A stretch of DNA of 64,000 nucleotides from Chrysomallon squamiferum (GCA_012295275.1 CM022671.1:3658001-3722000), one strand, 5' to 3'; shown: positions 13,801 to 35,064, counted from the stretch's first letter. Notes: generated by a model not told the origin, from the letters alone. Numbers and translations: made by a program.

Positions 13801-15137
13801 TTTAAGTGTAATAAAACAAAAAGAAATCCATTTATATATTATTTCATTTATTGTATAATTGTTTTGAATATCACTGGAATTAGATTATTTAATAAGTAAT
13901 CAATTTGAAACTATGAATTCAAAAAAATGTTAGGCACAAACAATACTCCCACTTTCACATGATTACATCACTTTATTTTTGGTTATTGCAACGTCTTTCG
14001 TTGTGTTTACAAAATTATTTAAATTCTTTAAAATTTGATTGCATTCATAGTGTATTTGTATTGTTAATGTTATAGCACCCAGCAATAGCCTAAATAACTT
14101 GTTTGAATAACATCTCTTTAATGATTTTTAATTCAATTTTCTTTTTTTCTATTCCTTTGTTGTTGTTTTTTCATTAAAAAAAAAAAATAAAAATTAAAAA
14201 AAAAAGAAAATAAACTGATAAATATTTTATTAAGAAATGTAAGTATTGTTAAAGTATCAAATTAAAAAAATATATATATTTTCTACAATAAATTTAATAC
14301 AAAATGCAGAACATTTACACATTTCATTATGTTAATACAGTAATTAAAGTTTATTAACAAGACTATAACTAGAAGAATTTTGTGCAGACTAACACAGGAT
14401 ATTTAGTTATTCATCAAGAAAAAACCTTTTTAGTATATCTGTAAATGAGGTATATTTTATTATTATTTTTTTTTAATGGATCCATAATCCATGCAGTGAC
14501 AAAATGTGTTTCATTATTTGTTCCAATATATTATTAGATTGACTGCCCTACTTTGTTTTACATTTTTCAAGTGATATTAGTTGTTAAGTAGTAAAAACAA
14601 ACAACAACAAAATGTAACCCCAAAAACTTCAAAAAATAAAATGAATTAACAAACAATTTTCTGGCCTCATTATAAACATTTGGTTGATTTTTGTTACTAT
14701 CAATGGGTCTCAAACACCCCTTCAAAACAACAACATGAAACAAGAAAAATAACAAATAAAAAAAAAAAATAATAATAAAAAAAAATAATAATACAAACAA
14801 CATGAACCAAAATCAAAAAGAAATTTCAGTATCAACAAAACAATTTTATACTACATTACATTTTTATGTATAAAGACACAAAAGAATAAAGTTAGAAACA
14901 CGGTAAAAAGTGTAAAAATTGTTTTAACACTAGTATATTATGTGAACAAAGAAACAAACATGCACATACTTGCACAAACATCATACAAACTATACTTCAT
15001 TTAATATTAGTCCTTTTCTCTCACATTAGTTAATTAAGTGCTGTATGTTATTATTAATGAAAATAAATGCTTATTTATTATATTTTTCATTCACAGTATT
15101 AAAATTTTTGTTAATAAAAATAATGAAAAAATAAAAA

Positions 15138-21481
<6,344 letters not shown>

Positions 21482-22006
21482 TTTGTCCAAATGATCACAT
21501 GACTACCAGCTAAGCTTAAAAAACCCGGCAACATTCGTTGAACTCCGGTATCCTTTTATAATCAGAATATAGTCCGAATAACGTGATTGTAAACATGTTT
21601 TCCTACTTTCGTTTGGATTGCCAGCTATGTGTCATGTCAAGGTTAAGGCCAGGCTCTGTAGGTGTGGTGAAATACGCAAAGATGATTCGATAAAAGCATC
21701 AACCAAGCGCCCTTCCATTATTTTACAGTAATAGGGGTGAAATATTTTCCAAAACATTTTGTTACAGTGTAAATGCTAAATAATTTCCAAAATTTTAAAA
21801 TATTTTATTCACACGATACTAGTTTGTTTTCATGATATATAAACTGAACATAGCAAAACTTAAGAAATGAAATACCGCGTCAGCCGAACTATCCTGACAA
21901 CCCTAAACCCGTTGTAGTGATAATTCTGCGTGTAACATCGTGTTTGTTGTATTAGGGTTTCTTGCAGACGAGTTAACAGAAGAAAACAGAAGTTTTATTT
22001 ACAGAG
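21482..22006. promoter_or_regulatory. Probable bidirectional promoter of PM20D1 (-) and ALDH1L1 (+), including a putative non-coding first exon of ALDH1L1 ending at 22006
   Basis: Only CpG-retaining patch between the divergent genes. Donor-like GAG|GTATTT at 22006/22007. The ALDH1L1 ATG exon starts at an acceptor (TTTCAG|, 24770), which requires an upstream exon. Confidence 0.5.
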
Positions 22007-22187
22007 GTATTTGGTTAATGCAGGTTATTTGTTTATTTTTCGTTTATAAAGACATAATATTTATGATGTAACATTACTAACATTTGTAGAAATTTGTCAT
22101 AACTGTTTTTTTTTTTCTTTCTTTAATGTTACCAAATGTTTACAAATAGTACATTACATGTGTTGGAATAATTATATACGCTACTGA

Positions 22188-22269
22188 GAAACAATATTTT
22201 AAAGACCTTCCATTTTGTAAGTTTGTAACAGTGTCTTGTATTCTGTCTAGTTTTTGAAAGATGGATGGA

Positions 22270-22337
<68 letters not shown>
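22188..22337 (+). repeat. Dispersed repeat with (GA)n tail, copy 2
   Basis: Same two conserved blocks as 11322-11458 with a longer middle segment, followed by (GA)n. Confidence 0.8.
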
Positions 22338-22341
<4 letters not shown>

Positions 22342-23034
22342 GACTCTTCCATGCAGTTTAATGCCTCAACGATACATTTCTAACCTTCTCTCCTGTATTT
22401 AATTGTAGTTTCAACATATGTCACTGTGTTACGACACTGTCATTTGTTTGCTAGGGCAGCACAATGGAGTTGTGTGTATTAACTCAATTTCATGAATACA
22501 CACACATGCTGCATCACTAGCTTGTGACTTGATCTTTTGTTCACTGTTCTGGGTCATGAGCATCAAGCTTGTAAAGAAGAATATAATAGATATATGATTT
22601 CACACGCAGAATCAAAAATAAATAAAGCATGTAAAGAAGAATAGGTACAGATATATGATTTCACAAACACAGTAGAAAAGTAAATAAGCCTCTAGCAGTA
22701 GATTGAAACTCTTTTTTTTTTCTTTCAACATTATTGGTTTTATTTTTGTAATGTAATAATTTAATTTAAATGCAGAATTAAATAGTTAGCTACCACCATA
22801 TGATCAGTCTTGATATTGTCATTGTTTGTTATTTGCAAAGTTTTATGTCAGAATGCAACAATCATATGGAACTATATTCAATGTCTTATCTTATTTATAT
22901 TACCATAAGCAGATTTGTAATGCAGTAATGTTTTTAACAATCACAGGACTAATTTATGTTCTGGCAGGAAATATACTTGTTTACTCATTAGATGCCAAAT
23001 TGTGATTTTTAATTATCAAAATTATTCCCTGATC

Positions 23035-23220
23035 CATTAGCATCTTTCACCAGCTACCAGCAATAAATTAACTTTATCTTCTCACTGTCAAGATAGTACA
23101 TGCCACATACCTTGATAAAGCCCTGAGTGGAATGGGTAATAATGAAAACAACAGACAGAAGAGATTTGATCTTACAACCTGCTATCTCTCAGACAACCAC
23201 TCTAACCACTAAACATTCAT
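23035..23220 (-). mobile_element. Degenerate tRNA-derived SINE, Meta/MESC-like
   Basis: Minus strand reads TAGTGGTTAGAGTG (A-box-like) ... AGATCAAATC (B-box-like) ... TTTATCAAGGTATGTGGCATGTACTATCTTGACAGTGAGAAGATAAAG. This resembles, from memory, the molluscan MetaSINE core TATCAAAGGCCGTGGTATGTGCTATCCTGTCTGTGGGA. Confidence 0.5.
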
Positions 23221-24785
23221 TTGCTTGACTGAGTGTGACTTACTGACCTAATTCTAACATAAAATCTGTCACTGTTATTGTTATAAAATATTGCTCAAAA
23301 AGTTCCTGGACATGATGCAAGTATTTCAGGTGTTTATACCAATAATTGCCTGAAAATTTACTTTTATGTGGGTCAAGGTCATTGCCTCAGGCCTAAGTTA
23401 AATGAAGCTGTTATGGAATAGTATTACCTGTATAAAGTTACTTGTGATTCACACTACCTGCTTATACTTAGGTATATGTATTCTTCAAGGATATATTCAC
23501 ATACATACATACATACATATATACATATATATATTATACACACACACCCACACACAGAAACACATATACATACAAATATGTATATATATTATTATAAATA
23601 AATATGCATTCATATATAAATTTACATAAATACACATACATACACATATAAATATACACATACATATGTCCATACATGCATGTTTACATGGATACGTACT
23701 TGCATACATACATGTATATGTAAATACACTTATACATTCAGGTATACAACGTCATATATAATCTGTTTGTTTTCTTTCTCTGTGTATGATAAAAATCATA
23801 AAGATTTAGTACTGCAGATTAATTTAGTGTATAGTAAAAATCTAAACCAAAGAACTGTCAAAAAAGGAAAACAAACAACTGAAATGAGATAATGTTTTAT
23901 CAGACATGTACTAATTCACCAAGTACTTGATACAGTGAGTGAAATTGCGGCCAGTGTCAAAGTGTGAAAGATCAGTTACTCTTTCATTCACATTATTCAC
24001 ATTATTCACAAAGTTCAACAACCACTTCTGCATCTCCACTGAAACAGATTTATCTACACTAAGCCTCTTATTAGTATATGGCATAGCAGATTACTGATAT
24101 TGTGTTACGTAAATATATCAAGTCCTTTCATGTCATAATTGAAAGTACATTTTATGGACTGGATGTGTGATTAGATAAATAAATATAAAAAATTGTTTGT
24201 TATAAACTGAGGAAAAGAATTAAAATTTTAAAGTAAAAACCCATCAGCAACATAATTCTGTAATAATAATATATATGTTTAAGAAAGAATTTGACAAAAT
24301 GGAGGAATTAGATTTTTAGACATGGAAATTTATGCATCTCTCTAAGTTTGTTTATCTTTCTTATTTACGTCTATAAGTTCATTTTTCTGTCCACCAATTC
24401 ATATACTACTCAGATTGATCATCCATCAATCCATCCATCCATCCATTCATCCAATCACCCATTTATCTAAACATCTGCAGAGCCACCCATCATCTACTAG
24501 TCCACTGATACAGCTGTCCTTTCAGTGTCAGATTCACATAAGAACTAACTCATTCATGCGTGCATTCAAACATGCATTTTTCCATTTTCCATCCTGCATC
24601 CTATGTATCAGTCTGTCCTTCAGTCCATCCACCCACCACATTTAAAAGTACAGTAATTTTTTTACACTTTTATTTGAGTTTTAGATACACAGTATAAATA
24701 CTGATGATAAAGATCAGAAAAAACTGTACAGATTAGAAGCTGTGATTTGATTGGTTGTTTTCTGTTTCAGAGAGCCCTGAGAACA

Positions 24786-27763
24786 ATGAAAATCGCTGTG
24801 ATTGGTCAGTCTATGTTTGGAGCGGAGGTGTTCCGTCTGCTTCAGAAAGATGGTCATGACATTGTTGGAGTGTTTACAATTCTAGATGTTAATGGAAAAC
24901 CTGACCCTCTAGGTGTGTTATCAGATTGTTTGTGTGTGTCATGTGTGGGCAGAAAAGATAAATGAGTGTATTTTTACATGTGCTGTTATGTCATAAGCTA
25001 ATCTACTTAGTATGTTTTTAGTTTTGTAAGTGACCATGAAGGAAGCACTGTGTAAAACAGACAGGCTCAAAACCAAGACTGAAAATTAAGACAATAAAAA
25101 CAATAATAATATTAAAATAAAATAAAGGAAATAAACACAAAAGAAACAATAAAAATACCTCATTTAAACATAAGAAGAGTTTATGTTCATATAAGTAGGA
25201 ATATGAGAACCACATTAAAGACTTCTCATAATAAATGGTGCAAAGTATTATTCACGTTCACACTTCCTTGAATGCAAACATTAAAGTTTTTATAATTCAA
25301 TATTTTTATAACTCATTAATTTCAAAGTTCTTTGAAGTATTTTTTTCTCAGTTATTTATAATTTTATTAACTTGAAGTTTGTTCACTGTGTTACTAGGTC
25401 ATCTGCCTTTTTCTTCTTATTAACATGAGATTCGTTTCATACATTAATACAGTTTTCTTTAACAAACTAAATTCTTATATATTTTTTAAAATGTCACTTT
25501 GATGATGTTCCGTGGTAAATTAAATGATGCAAAAATATCTTTCATGACAAAAAGTACCTTGTTTTTTTTTTTGTACTCTTCCTAAGTCAGTTTATACGAA
25601 TTTGGCAAACTAACAATTTACATGACATCTCTTTTACAAAATGTAAATAATATTTACATGAACATCATTGTGTAATTCACTATAAAAAGGCATAATTAAA
25701 GCTGTTATAATGTAATATAATGAGTAATATATAGATCTACTGACACAGATAACAACAAAAATAGCCACCATTTGCATCTTCATTTGCATACTGTCCAGCT
25801 GTTCCATTATTAGAGAATGTTACATCATTTTTTATTTAACACTTTAGTGATCATTGTGGTCATTAAACTCTTGAATACTGAATATCACCAAGTACTATTT
25901 TCTACAGTTACCGAACTTTCACACTGTGTACTTTTACCATATAACTCTAGCAGCAAGCTAAAACTTGGTTATTAAAGCACTGGTCTGAGGTTTTATGGGA
26001 TCCTTCATCTTTTATACAACACTTTAACTATTACTCTGTTACATTGGCTGAATTACTGGAATATTACAGTATTCTGACACGACAGTTTCTGAATTTTCTT
26101 ACTGCATAGTTTTATGGTATCTAACAGTCAAACTCAGTTATTAAAACGTTGGTGTGAGAATTTATGGGATCTTCACTAAACGCATTAATGTATATGACAT
26201 AAAGCTCATGCACTTTGAGCTGTTGCCTCTGGCATGTGCATATAAAAGCTCCTTTACTGCAAAACTCTAAGTGTAATTCATTAAATGGCTCTAGGCAATT
26301 TTCTTTCATAGGATTTATGAAAAAATGATGTTTAACATTTAATAATTAAGATTTTGTGGTGTTATTTATTCACTTTGTAAGCAGTGGTTTTTGTTTGTTT
26401 GTTTGTTTTAAAAGTCTCTGTCCCCCCCCATAAAACCACCAGCATATGGTGGACATCTGCAGTATGTGGATGTGTCCAATAGCATTCATTTATTATTTCA
26501 TTTATTCATTCATTTAGTCTTTCATCCATCTACTTAGTAACCTAAGTAAATAATATTTAATTCATTTGAATGTAAATTTGTCCTTTCATTCATTTATTCA
26601 TCCATCCACTATATATCACTCAGGCACATTAACAAAAGTTAACTGATTTATTTGTTCATCTACCCATTCATCCAGTTATTCATTCGTTCATTTGTTCATT
26701 AATTAATTGATTTCTTAATTCATTTATCCACACATCCACCTACTTATTCATCTCCTACCAAGCAAAAATAAAAAAATTACAAAAGAAACCCAAAGAAAGA
26801 AGAAAAAAAGCAACTCCTTTAAACATTAGAAACTTTTTCATTCCTGAACCTCTTTAAAAACCTCTCACACTAAGATGTGAAGTAATTTTATGTTAATGCA
26901 AAAACTTATAAAGATTTTATAAATCCAAAATTTGTTAACTTGTTTGTCCATCAATCAACCATTTCAACCACCCATCCATTGGTCCATCATTCCATCCATT
27001 TTATGTGAACATCAAAAATTATCAAGATCTTAAAAATCAAAAAAAAATAATTCATTAAGTTGTTTGTCCATCAATCAGTCAATTCATCTATCCATCATTC
27101 CATCCATTTTATGTGAACGTCAAAAATTATCAAGATCTTAAAAATCAAAAAAAAATAATTCATTACATTGTTTGTCCATCAATCTGTCAATACATCTATT
27201 CATCCATATGCCCATCCATCTATCTATCTCTCCATCCATTCATTTGTTTGTTATCACTGCAGCTGTAGCAGCAGAAGAGAAGAATGTTCCAGTGTTCAAG
27301 TACAAGAGATGGCAGTTGAAGAAGGAGGCAGTCCCAGAGGTGGTGGAGGAGTACAAGTCGGTAGGAGCAGAGCTGAATGTGATGCCGTTCTGCTCGCAGT
27401 TTGTGCCGATGGAGGTGATCACGTTCCCCAAGTACCAGTCTATCATCTATCACCCATCACTTCTACCTCGACACAGAGGAGCATCAGCTATCAACTGGTA
27501 CATTTTTTTTTTTTTTTTTAGAGTGTTCCTTAAAATAGGCCAAAATCTATTCTATAATGTTATTTTGATGCTGGTAAATGGAAAAATATACTTTATAGTG
27601 TTTTTAAAAAAAAAAAATTTTTTATATATATAGGAGAATGGCAAAATTAATTGTATAGAATTATTTTATATTAGCAAATGGAAAAACGTTGATGAATGAA
27701 TGAATGAATGAATGAATGAATGAATGAATGAATGAATGATTGAATGAATGAATTAATGAATTA

Positions 27764-27794
<31 letters not shown>

Positions 27795-29466
27795 TTATTT
27801 TTGTTTATTTATTTATTTATTTAGTTTATTTTTGTTTATTTATTTGTTTATTTTGTTTATTTATTTTGATTATTTTTGTTTGTTTGTTTGTTTGTTTGTT
27901 TGTTTAGGACTCTGATACAAGGGGACGAGAGGGCAGGGTTCTCTATTTTCTGGGCTGATGATGGTTTGGACACTGGACCAGTTTTACTGCAGAAACAAAC
28001 ATTTGTAGACCCCAATGACACCGTTGACACCCTCTACAACAGATTCCTCTTCCCTGAGGGCATCAAGGCCATGGTGAGTAAATATTTGTTTTACAACACC
28101 TCAGCATTTTTAATATCAAAGTATGCCTGCAGCGATATGAACAAATGATCTAATAAAACTGTACATACTGCCAAGTTAGTGATTATGGCAATCTAATAAA
28201 AAATAATATTGTTACAAAACATTTGAATGCCACCATTTCAAACAGGAGTTGTGATGTTACTACAATAACTCTCAAACTTATAGCTGTATTTTTTCTGACA
28301 ATCCTAGAACAAACTTAAGAGAAAGTTGGTCTGTTCTACATGGAGTGATGTCACAATTTTAGGAAAATATCAAAATCTGGATATTATTGAATTATACTCA
28401 GTTGTTATTAGACTTTATTATTAATTAAGAATGGACCACAATACCCCCAAAAAATCCACAAACAAATAAATCATAACATAGAAGTGAACAGAATATGTTT
28501 AGACTAATTCTTCATATCACCAGAAGTACCGTTTAGCTATTTTTATTAAAGAAAAAAAAGCTATGATGATGGTATTGACTGATACAGATTTTTATTTATT
28601 TTTTGTTACAGGGGGAAGCAGTACAGCTGATTGTTGATGGAAAAGCCCCAAGACTGGTTCAGCCTGAAGAAGGGGCAACATACGATGCTATGATTAAAAG
28701 GATAAAGTTGAGGTGGATAAGAAGGGAGATAATTTAAGAAAAATAATATTTAACAAATCCACAGTTCTAACTAATTTGCAAAATCAGCTGCTCACAAAAT
28801 TGATGCTCATTAGAAATTTCAAAAATTCCATTTTATAATGTATCTTCACTGCTTTGGATTTTTACATATTCTCTTTCTCTCACTCACTGTCTCACTCTCT
28901 CTTTCTCTGTAAAAACAGAAATAGGATGTTTCTTGACCAGTGTTAGTAGTATTTTGAGACACAAGGGAACGCAGTAAAATAATACACTATTTGTGTATAT
29001 GTCTGTGTGTATATAAGTACGTATGTATATATGTATATATATATATATTTGTTTATTTACTTGATATTAAACTTTCAGATAAACTGGAACCAGACAGCTA
29101 ATGATCTTCACAATTTTATCAGAGGTAACGACAAAGTGCCTGGTGCTTGGACGACTGTCAATGGTGAGGTAAGAAATTTCATTTTAACAGAGAAAGAAAA
29201 TGATACACAGATCAGTTGACAGAGGAGAAAGAAAAACATGTAAGAGAAATTGACAGAAGAAGTAAAAAAAAAAAAAAAAAAAAAAGAAAAAAAAAGATGG
29301 AGAGAATGGAAGGTAAGCTAGGAAGGAGAGAATGGATTAGAAACAAAAGACAGAAAGGAATAAGTTATAAAAAGTTAACTATGCTGTATGCTGTAAATAT
29401 ATATATATATATATTATATATGTATAAACAAACTATGTAAAAAACAAAATATATATCCATATACAG

Positions 29467-29507
<41 letters not shown>

Positions 29508-32500
29508 CACACTGAATTCAAATTAAATTTACAGAATGGTACAATAGAATTCATACTTAAATTTATTTCCTTTTTCAGGTCACATGATTTTTATATAAAT
29601 TACGAGAATATGTTTTACTCAAACCTTTAATTGATCTGTAATATTCTACATTTATTTTTGCTGTTGATTTGTTTTTGTTATGTTTTTGCATTTTTCTTTT
29701 CCAGTTTTACATTTTGTTTTCACTTTTTTCTATGTTAAGTTAAAATAATTTAATAATTTTGTTTCATTTAAGATATTTTAATCATTTTAATAATAAAATT
29801 ATAATAATAATTGTGTTTTTATTAACAAACATTTCACTTTAAATGTGTTTTTAAAGAATTTATTGTTTTTATGAGACCAGACCATACTAGCCTGAAGTTA
29901 CAAATTGCTTAAATACTTGTAAACAAACAAATAAATAAATAAATTAAATAAATGAAAAGTATAATTTCAAAATCAATATTATCTTATGTAAAAAGTTAAA
30001 GGTTTTGACCTATCAAAGTTAAAGTGTATAATCTTGTGATAGAATATCTTTGATTTTTGTTATTTATTATTTATTATTTGTTAATAAGTTAATGCAGAAT
30101 ACATTTTTTTTATTTTACTTATTATATCTATACTTAGTGTATGTAAAATTACTGCTTTAATTTCAAGTAAAGTATATACAAGAAAAAAAAAAAAATGTTC
30201 TGTTATAATCATTAGATAACTGGAACAGTAATTCAATTTTTTTTTTTTTTTTTTTCTTTTTTTTATTTTTTTTGTATTTTTTTGAAATTATTATTATTTA
30301 TTTTTTAAAAAAACTTATTTGTTACAGAAATTAACTTACTTGTTACAGAAATTAACTTATTTGTTACAGAAATTAACTTATTTGTTACAGAAATTAACTC
30401 TTTATGGATCAAAACTGTGGAATCGACTGCCACCAAGGGGAACTCAGGTGGAGATAACTGGTGCGACAAAACCTGCAATAGTTCACAAAAATGGGATGGT
30501 TTTCTTTGGCAATGATGAGAAGATGGTAAGTGGAGAGAAAATAAACACATAAATAAATAGATAAATAAATAAATAAACAAATTTACAAAAAAAAAAAAAA
30601 AAAAAAAAATATAAAAAACTTATAATAAACATACTTATAAATTAATAGATACAATCTGCAAATAAATATTTACTTATGAATCAAATTGTAATATTATATT
30701 ATAAATAACATCAAAATTTATCAGTAAAAACAGAAACTTTATTAAACTGATAATAAATAAATAAATAAATAAAATAAATAAATAAATAAGTTATTATATG
30801 GAAGTACTGAATTTTTTTTTCTTTCTTATGTATAATGCTAAGAAGTTAGAGAAAATAAGTTTATGAAAAATAGAAAAATATTTATCATTAATCTTAAACA
30901 AAGTCTATTTACTTATCATTGATCTTACAACACCAGCATCAAGCTTGGTTCCATTGTGATCTTCTTATCATCACATAACCAGAATCTATTTTAAATTTAA
31001 AAAAAATTAATATTTTGCAAAATTCAGATCAATGTCAGTCAGGTAAAGCTGGCTAGTGGGAAGATGATTCCAGCCTCCAAGTTCGGGAAAGAAGATTCGT
31101 CCACTCAGAAAATTGAACTGACTCCCGAAGAAGAAAAAATGGTTGAAGTTTTAAAGGTTTGAAAATTATTTTAACATTTTTAACCCATCTTTCTAACTTG
31201 GATATTTAAAAAACATATTTATGATATTTTAAAGATTTTTAATTAAATGTTTTTTTTGTTTCAGGAAGTTTGGGAAGGAATTCTCAACATTCCAGTCACA
31301 GACAGTACAGACTTCTTTAAATCAGGAGCAGGATCCATGGATGTTGTCAGGTATGGATTCAGCTGATGAATGTGTGGATCAAACTGATGAATGTGAGGAT
31401 CAAACTGATGAATGTGAGGATCAAACTGATGAATGTGAGGATCAAACTGATGAATGAGTGGAATGAACTGATAGATGTAATGTGTTGATTACATTAATGA
31501 ATCCTGACTCATATGGATTTAACTGATGAAATTTTGTCATTAACAGATATGTTAACTGATTAATTGACTCTTTTCATGTTATCAATTATAGATTAAAATG
31601 ATCTATATTACAACAGTACATGTTTTGATTCAAATATTTTCTGATGGAATAGAGATATTACAAATATTTAAAAAAAAAAAAAAAAAATTTTTTGTTTTTT
31701 GTAGACTGGTTGAAGAGGTAAAACAAAAGTGTGGTGTGAGACTGGAGACTGATGATGTTTACATGAACACCGTGTTTGATGACTTCACCATGTGTGTAGT
31801 GCGACGTGGTCGAGGAATAGAAGACAAAGAACCATTCACGTTTGATGCTGTAAGTTTAAAACAAGACAGATAGTAGTATAGACTGTTTTTCTCCATTTTC
31901 TGTTGTTATTTTATTACTCTTATCACACATTTTTATTATTATAACATTATTAATGATGTTAGTATTATTTTGTTATTATTGTTGTTATATTATTTTGTTA
32001 TTATAATGTTATTGTAGTTGTTAACATTATTTTGTTATATTGTTATTTTTATTGTTGTTAATGTTATTTTGTATTGTTGTTAATATAAATTTGTTATTAT
32101 TTTGTTAATATTATTTTGTATTGTTTGTTAATATTATTTTGTTATAGTTGTTAAGATTATTTAATTATTATTTTGTTAATATTATATTACATTTATCATC
32201 ATAATCATCATTATTTTTGGTTATTATGCTATATTATAAATGTGCTTCACTTTCTACATGAAAGGGAATTTTGTTATAAGAGTAACTCAATCAGCTGTAT
32301 GAGCTGTTGACATTTGATAACAGCTAATACTGAAACAGCTGTTCTCTGACACTTGTCTCCTTTCTCTTAATTAATCATATTATATTACACAAACCTGTTT
32401 ATGTGATGCAGTATAAAATTGTAAAATTTAGATATGTTAAAAATTCATTAAGCATGAAAATATATTTATTTAATATATAGATAACTACAAATTCATTATT

Positions 32501-35032
32501 TATTCACTGTAATGAAGCATGAATATATGTTTATATATAAAGAAGTATTTATTTAATGTACAGATAACTACACATATCAAAAATTTGTTATTAATTCACA
32601 CTGTTGATGATAAAGCATGTGTATAAACTGAAGTGAATATTAACAAATGTTTATTTACTGTGCAGATAACTGTACATGTTAAATATTTGTTATTCATTCA
32701 CAGTGTTGATGTTAAAGCATGTGTATAAATTGAAGTGAATATTAACAAATGTTTATTTACTGTACAGATAACCATGCATTTTAGAACTTTGATATTCATT
32801 CAAAGTGCTGATGTTAAAGCATGTGTATAAATTGAAGTGAATATTAACAAATGTTTATTTACTGTACAGATAACCATGCATGTTAGATCTTTGTTATTCA
32901 TTCACAGTGCTGATGTTAAAGCATGTGTATAAATTGAAGTGAATATTAACAAATGTTTATTTGCTGTACAGATAACTTTGCATGTTAACAACATGGACGT
33001 CAGTTTTCCACATCAGGCTTTCATTGACAACGAGTTTGTGGATTCTTCGGACGGACAGACATATGAAACCATCAACCCAAATGATGAAAAAGTAAAACTG
33101 TCTTTTCTAGTTTTCATTTAACTCAGCTTTGTCTTTAATATTTACTTTTACTCAAAAATCAAAATGAGAAAAATTTTGGATAATTCTTTTACTTGAAACC
33201 AACCTATGATAATAATAAATATAAGAAAAATATAATGAGAAATTATATGTTGTTCCCTGTTACATGTAAAATTATTTTTACCTGAAAATGTTTATTTCAA
33301 AAAGAAAAACATTCACGTTAATATCTCAACAGATAAAGCAATTTTATTAGTAATTTACTCATTTATTAACAATAATATAAAATATCAAGTTTGGATAATG
33401 TATTTAGGTTAATTTATTCACATTTTGAAGATCTGTAATTTGGATTTTATTCAGCTTGTTTTGAAAATAAAAATGGTTTGTTTTTCAGCCTATCTGTAAG
33501 GTTTCCTTGTCAACTGTGGAGGATGTACAGAGAGCTGTAGAAGCAGCCAGGGTAAGAAAAGTTACATTTTTACACAGTCAAAACTTTGTGTTATTATTAG
33601 TTCTTTATAATTTGCTTTTTTGTGCTTTATTTCTAGAGATCATAAAACAGAGAATGCCAAATTGCTTTCTTTTTATTTATTTAATTTGCTAACTTTATTA
33701 ATGAAAAGACACTGATTATAGATGGTAATACATGCTGCATATATATTTATTAAATGATTTCATTTTCTTTTTTAATTAACATTTACTTTAGCCATTAAGG
33801 ATTATTTTTTCAGAGAGTGAATTCTAGACATTCTTTATTAAATTGACCTAACTGATTAAAAGCTGAATTCAGTAAAACTATAACAAGCACAATCTATAAT
33901 CATGCACATCTGACTTCAGTCATCATTGTAATGTTGAAGTATTATAAACATTTCTGTTACAGGAGGCTTTCTATGAAGGGAAGTGGGGAAAGATGAATCC
34001 CAGAGACAGAGGTGAACTCATGTACAGGTAAAATATAACATTCATCAGAGGACAGAGTTTTTCAACAATACATTTTTGTACTATTTTCTTTTAAAATTAA
34101 AACAAATGTTTTAGCACATTTAAAGCAATGATACATTCAGTTACTGGATGCATTTTCATTTCAGAGTTCTGTCGATATTTTGGAACAAACTGTATATTTA
34201 TAGGTTTTATTTTGGTGTGTTTATATTATAGGTAGGAAATCAATGTATATACTCTGTGTGTATTCTCAAAATAATCTCTATCCATCTCCAAAAAATTATA
34301 TCTGTGTCTGTATTAACAAAATAAATAGTAAGTTTGAGACAAAAAAATACATATAATTATCCTCTTCTGATTCAAAAATATACACACACAAGCAGACATA
34401 CATGTACATAAATGCAGGCACACACACAAACACCCCTCCCCACACACACACAAACACACTCACACACACAAACTCATGCAGACATACATTTACTGAACAT
34501 TCCATCTAGATACATATATTCAGATATACTTAATGTATTTTAATGTATTTTAACATATATTTATATATTTCTGTGTTGCTCAGACTGGCTGACTTGATGG
34601 AGAAGCATCAGGAGGAGCTGGCGACTATAGAAAGCATTGACTCTGGTGCTGTGTACACCCTGGCCCTGAAAACACACGTTGGAATGTCCATACAGACCTT
34701 CAGATACTTCGCAGGCTGGTGTGACAAAATACACGTATGTTACAGTCTGCTTACAGCCACTTTTTTCACTTTTGTGTTTATTATTTATTTGTTTGTTTTA
34801 TGATTTTAATGAAATGGATTAAATCAAAAATGACTTTTATTGTTATTATTATTATTATTTTTTTTTGACTTTTAAATTCAATGACATTTAATATTAATTT
34901 TTATTGTTTTTTTTATTTTATATTTTTATCATTATTGATTTGTAGTAAGTTTATTTTTATTATTATTATTATTGTTATTATCATTATTATTATAGTTATT
35001 GAAATTGTTATTGTATTTGTTATTGTTACATT

Positions 35033-35064
<32 letters not shown>

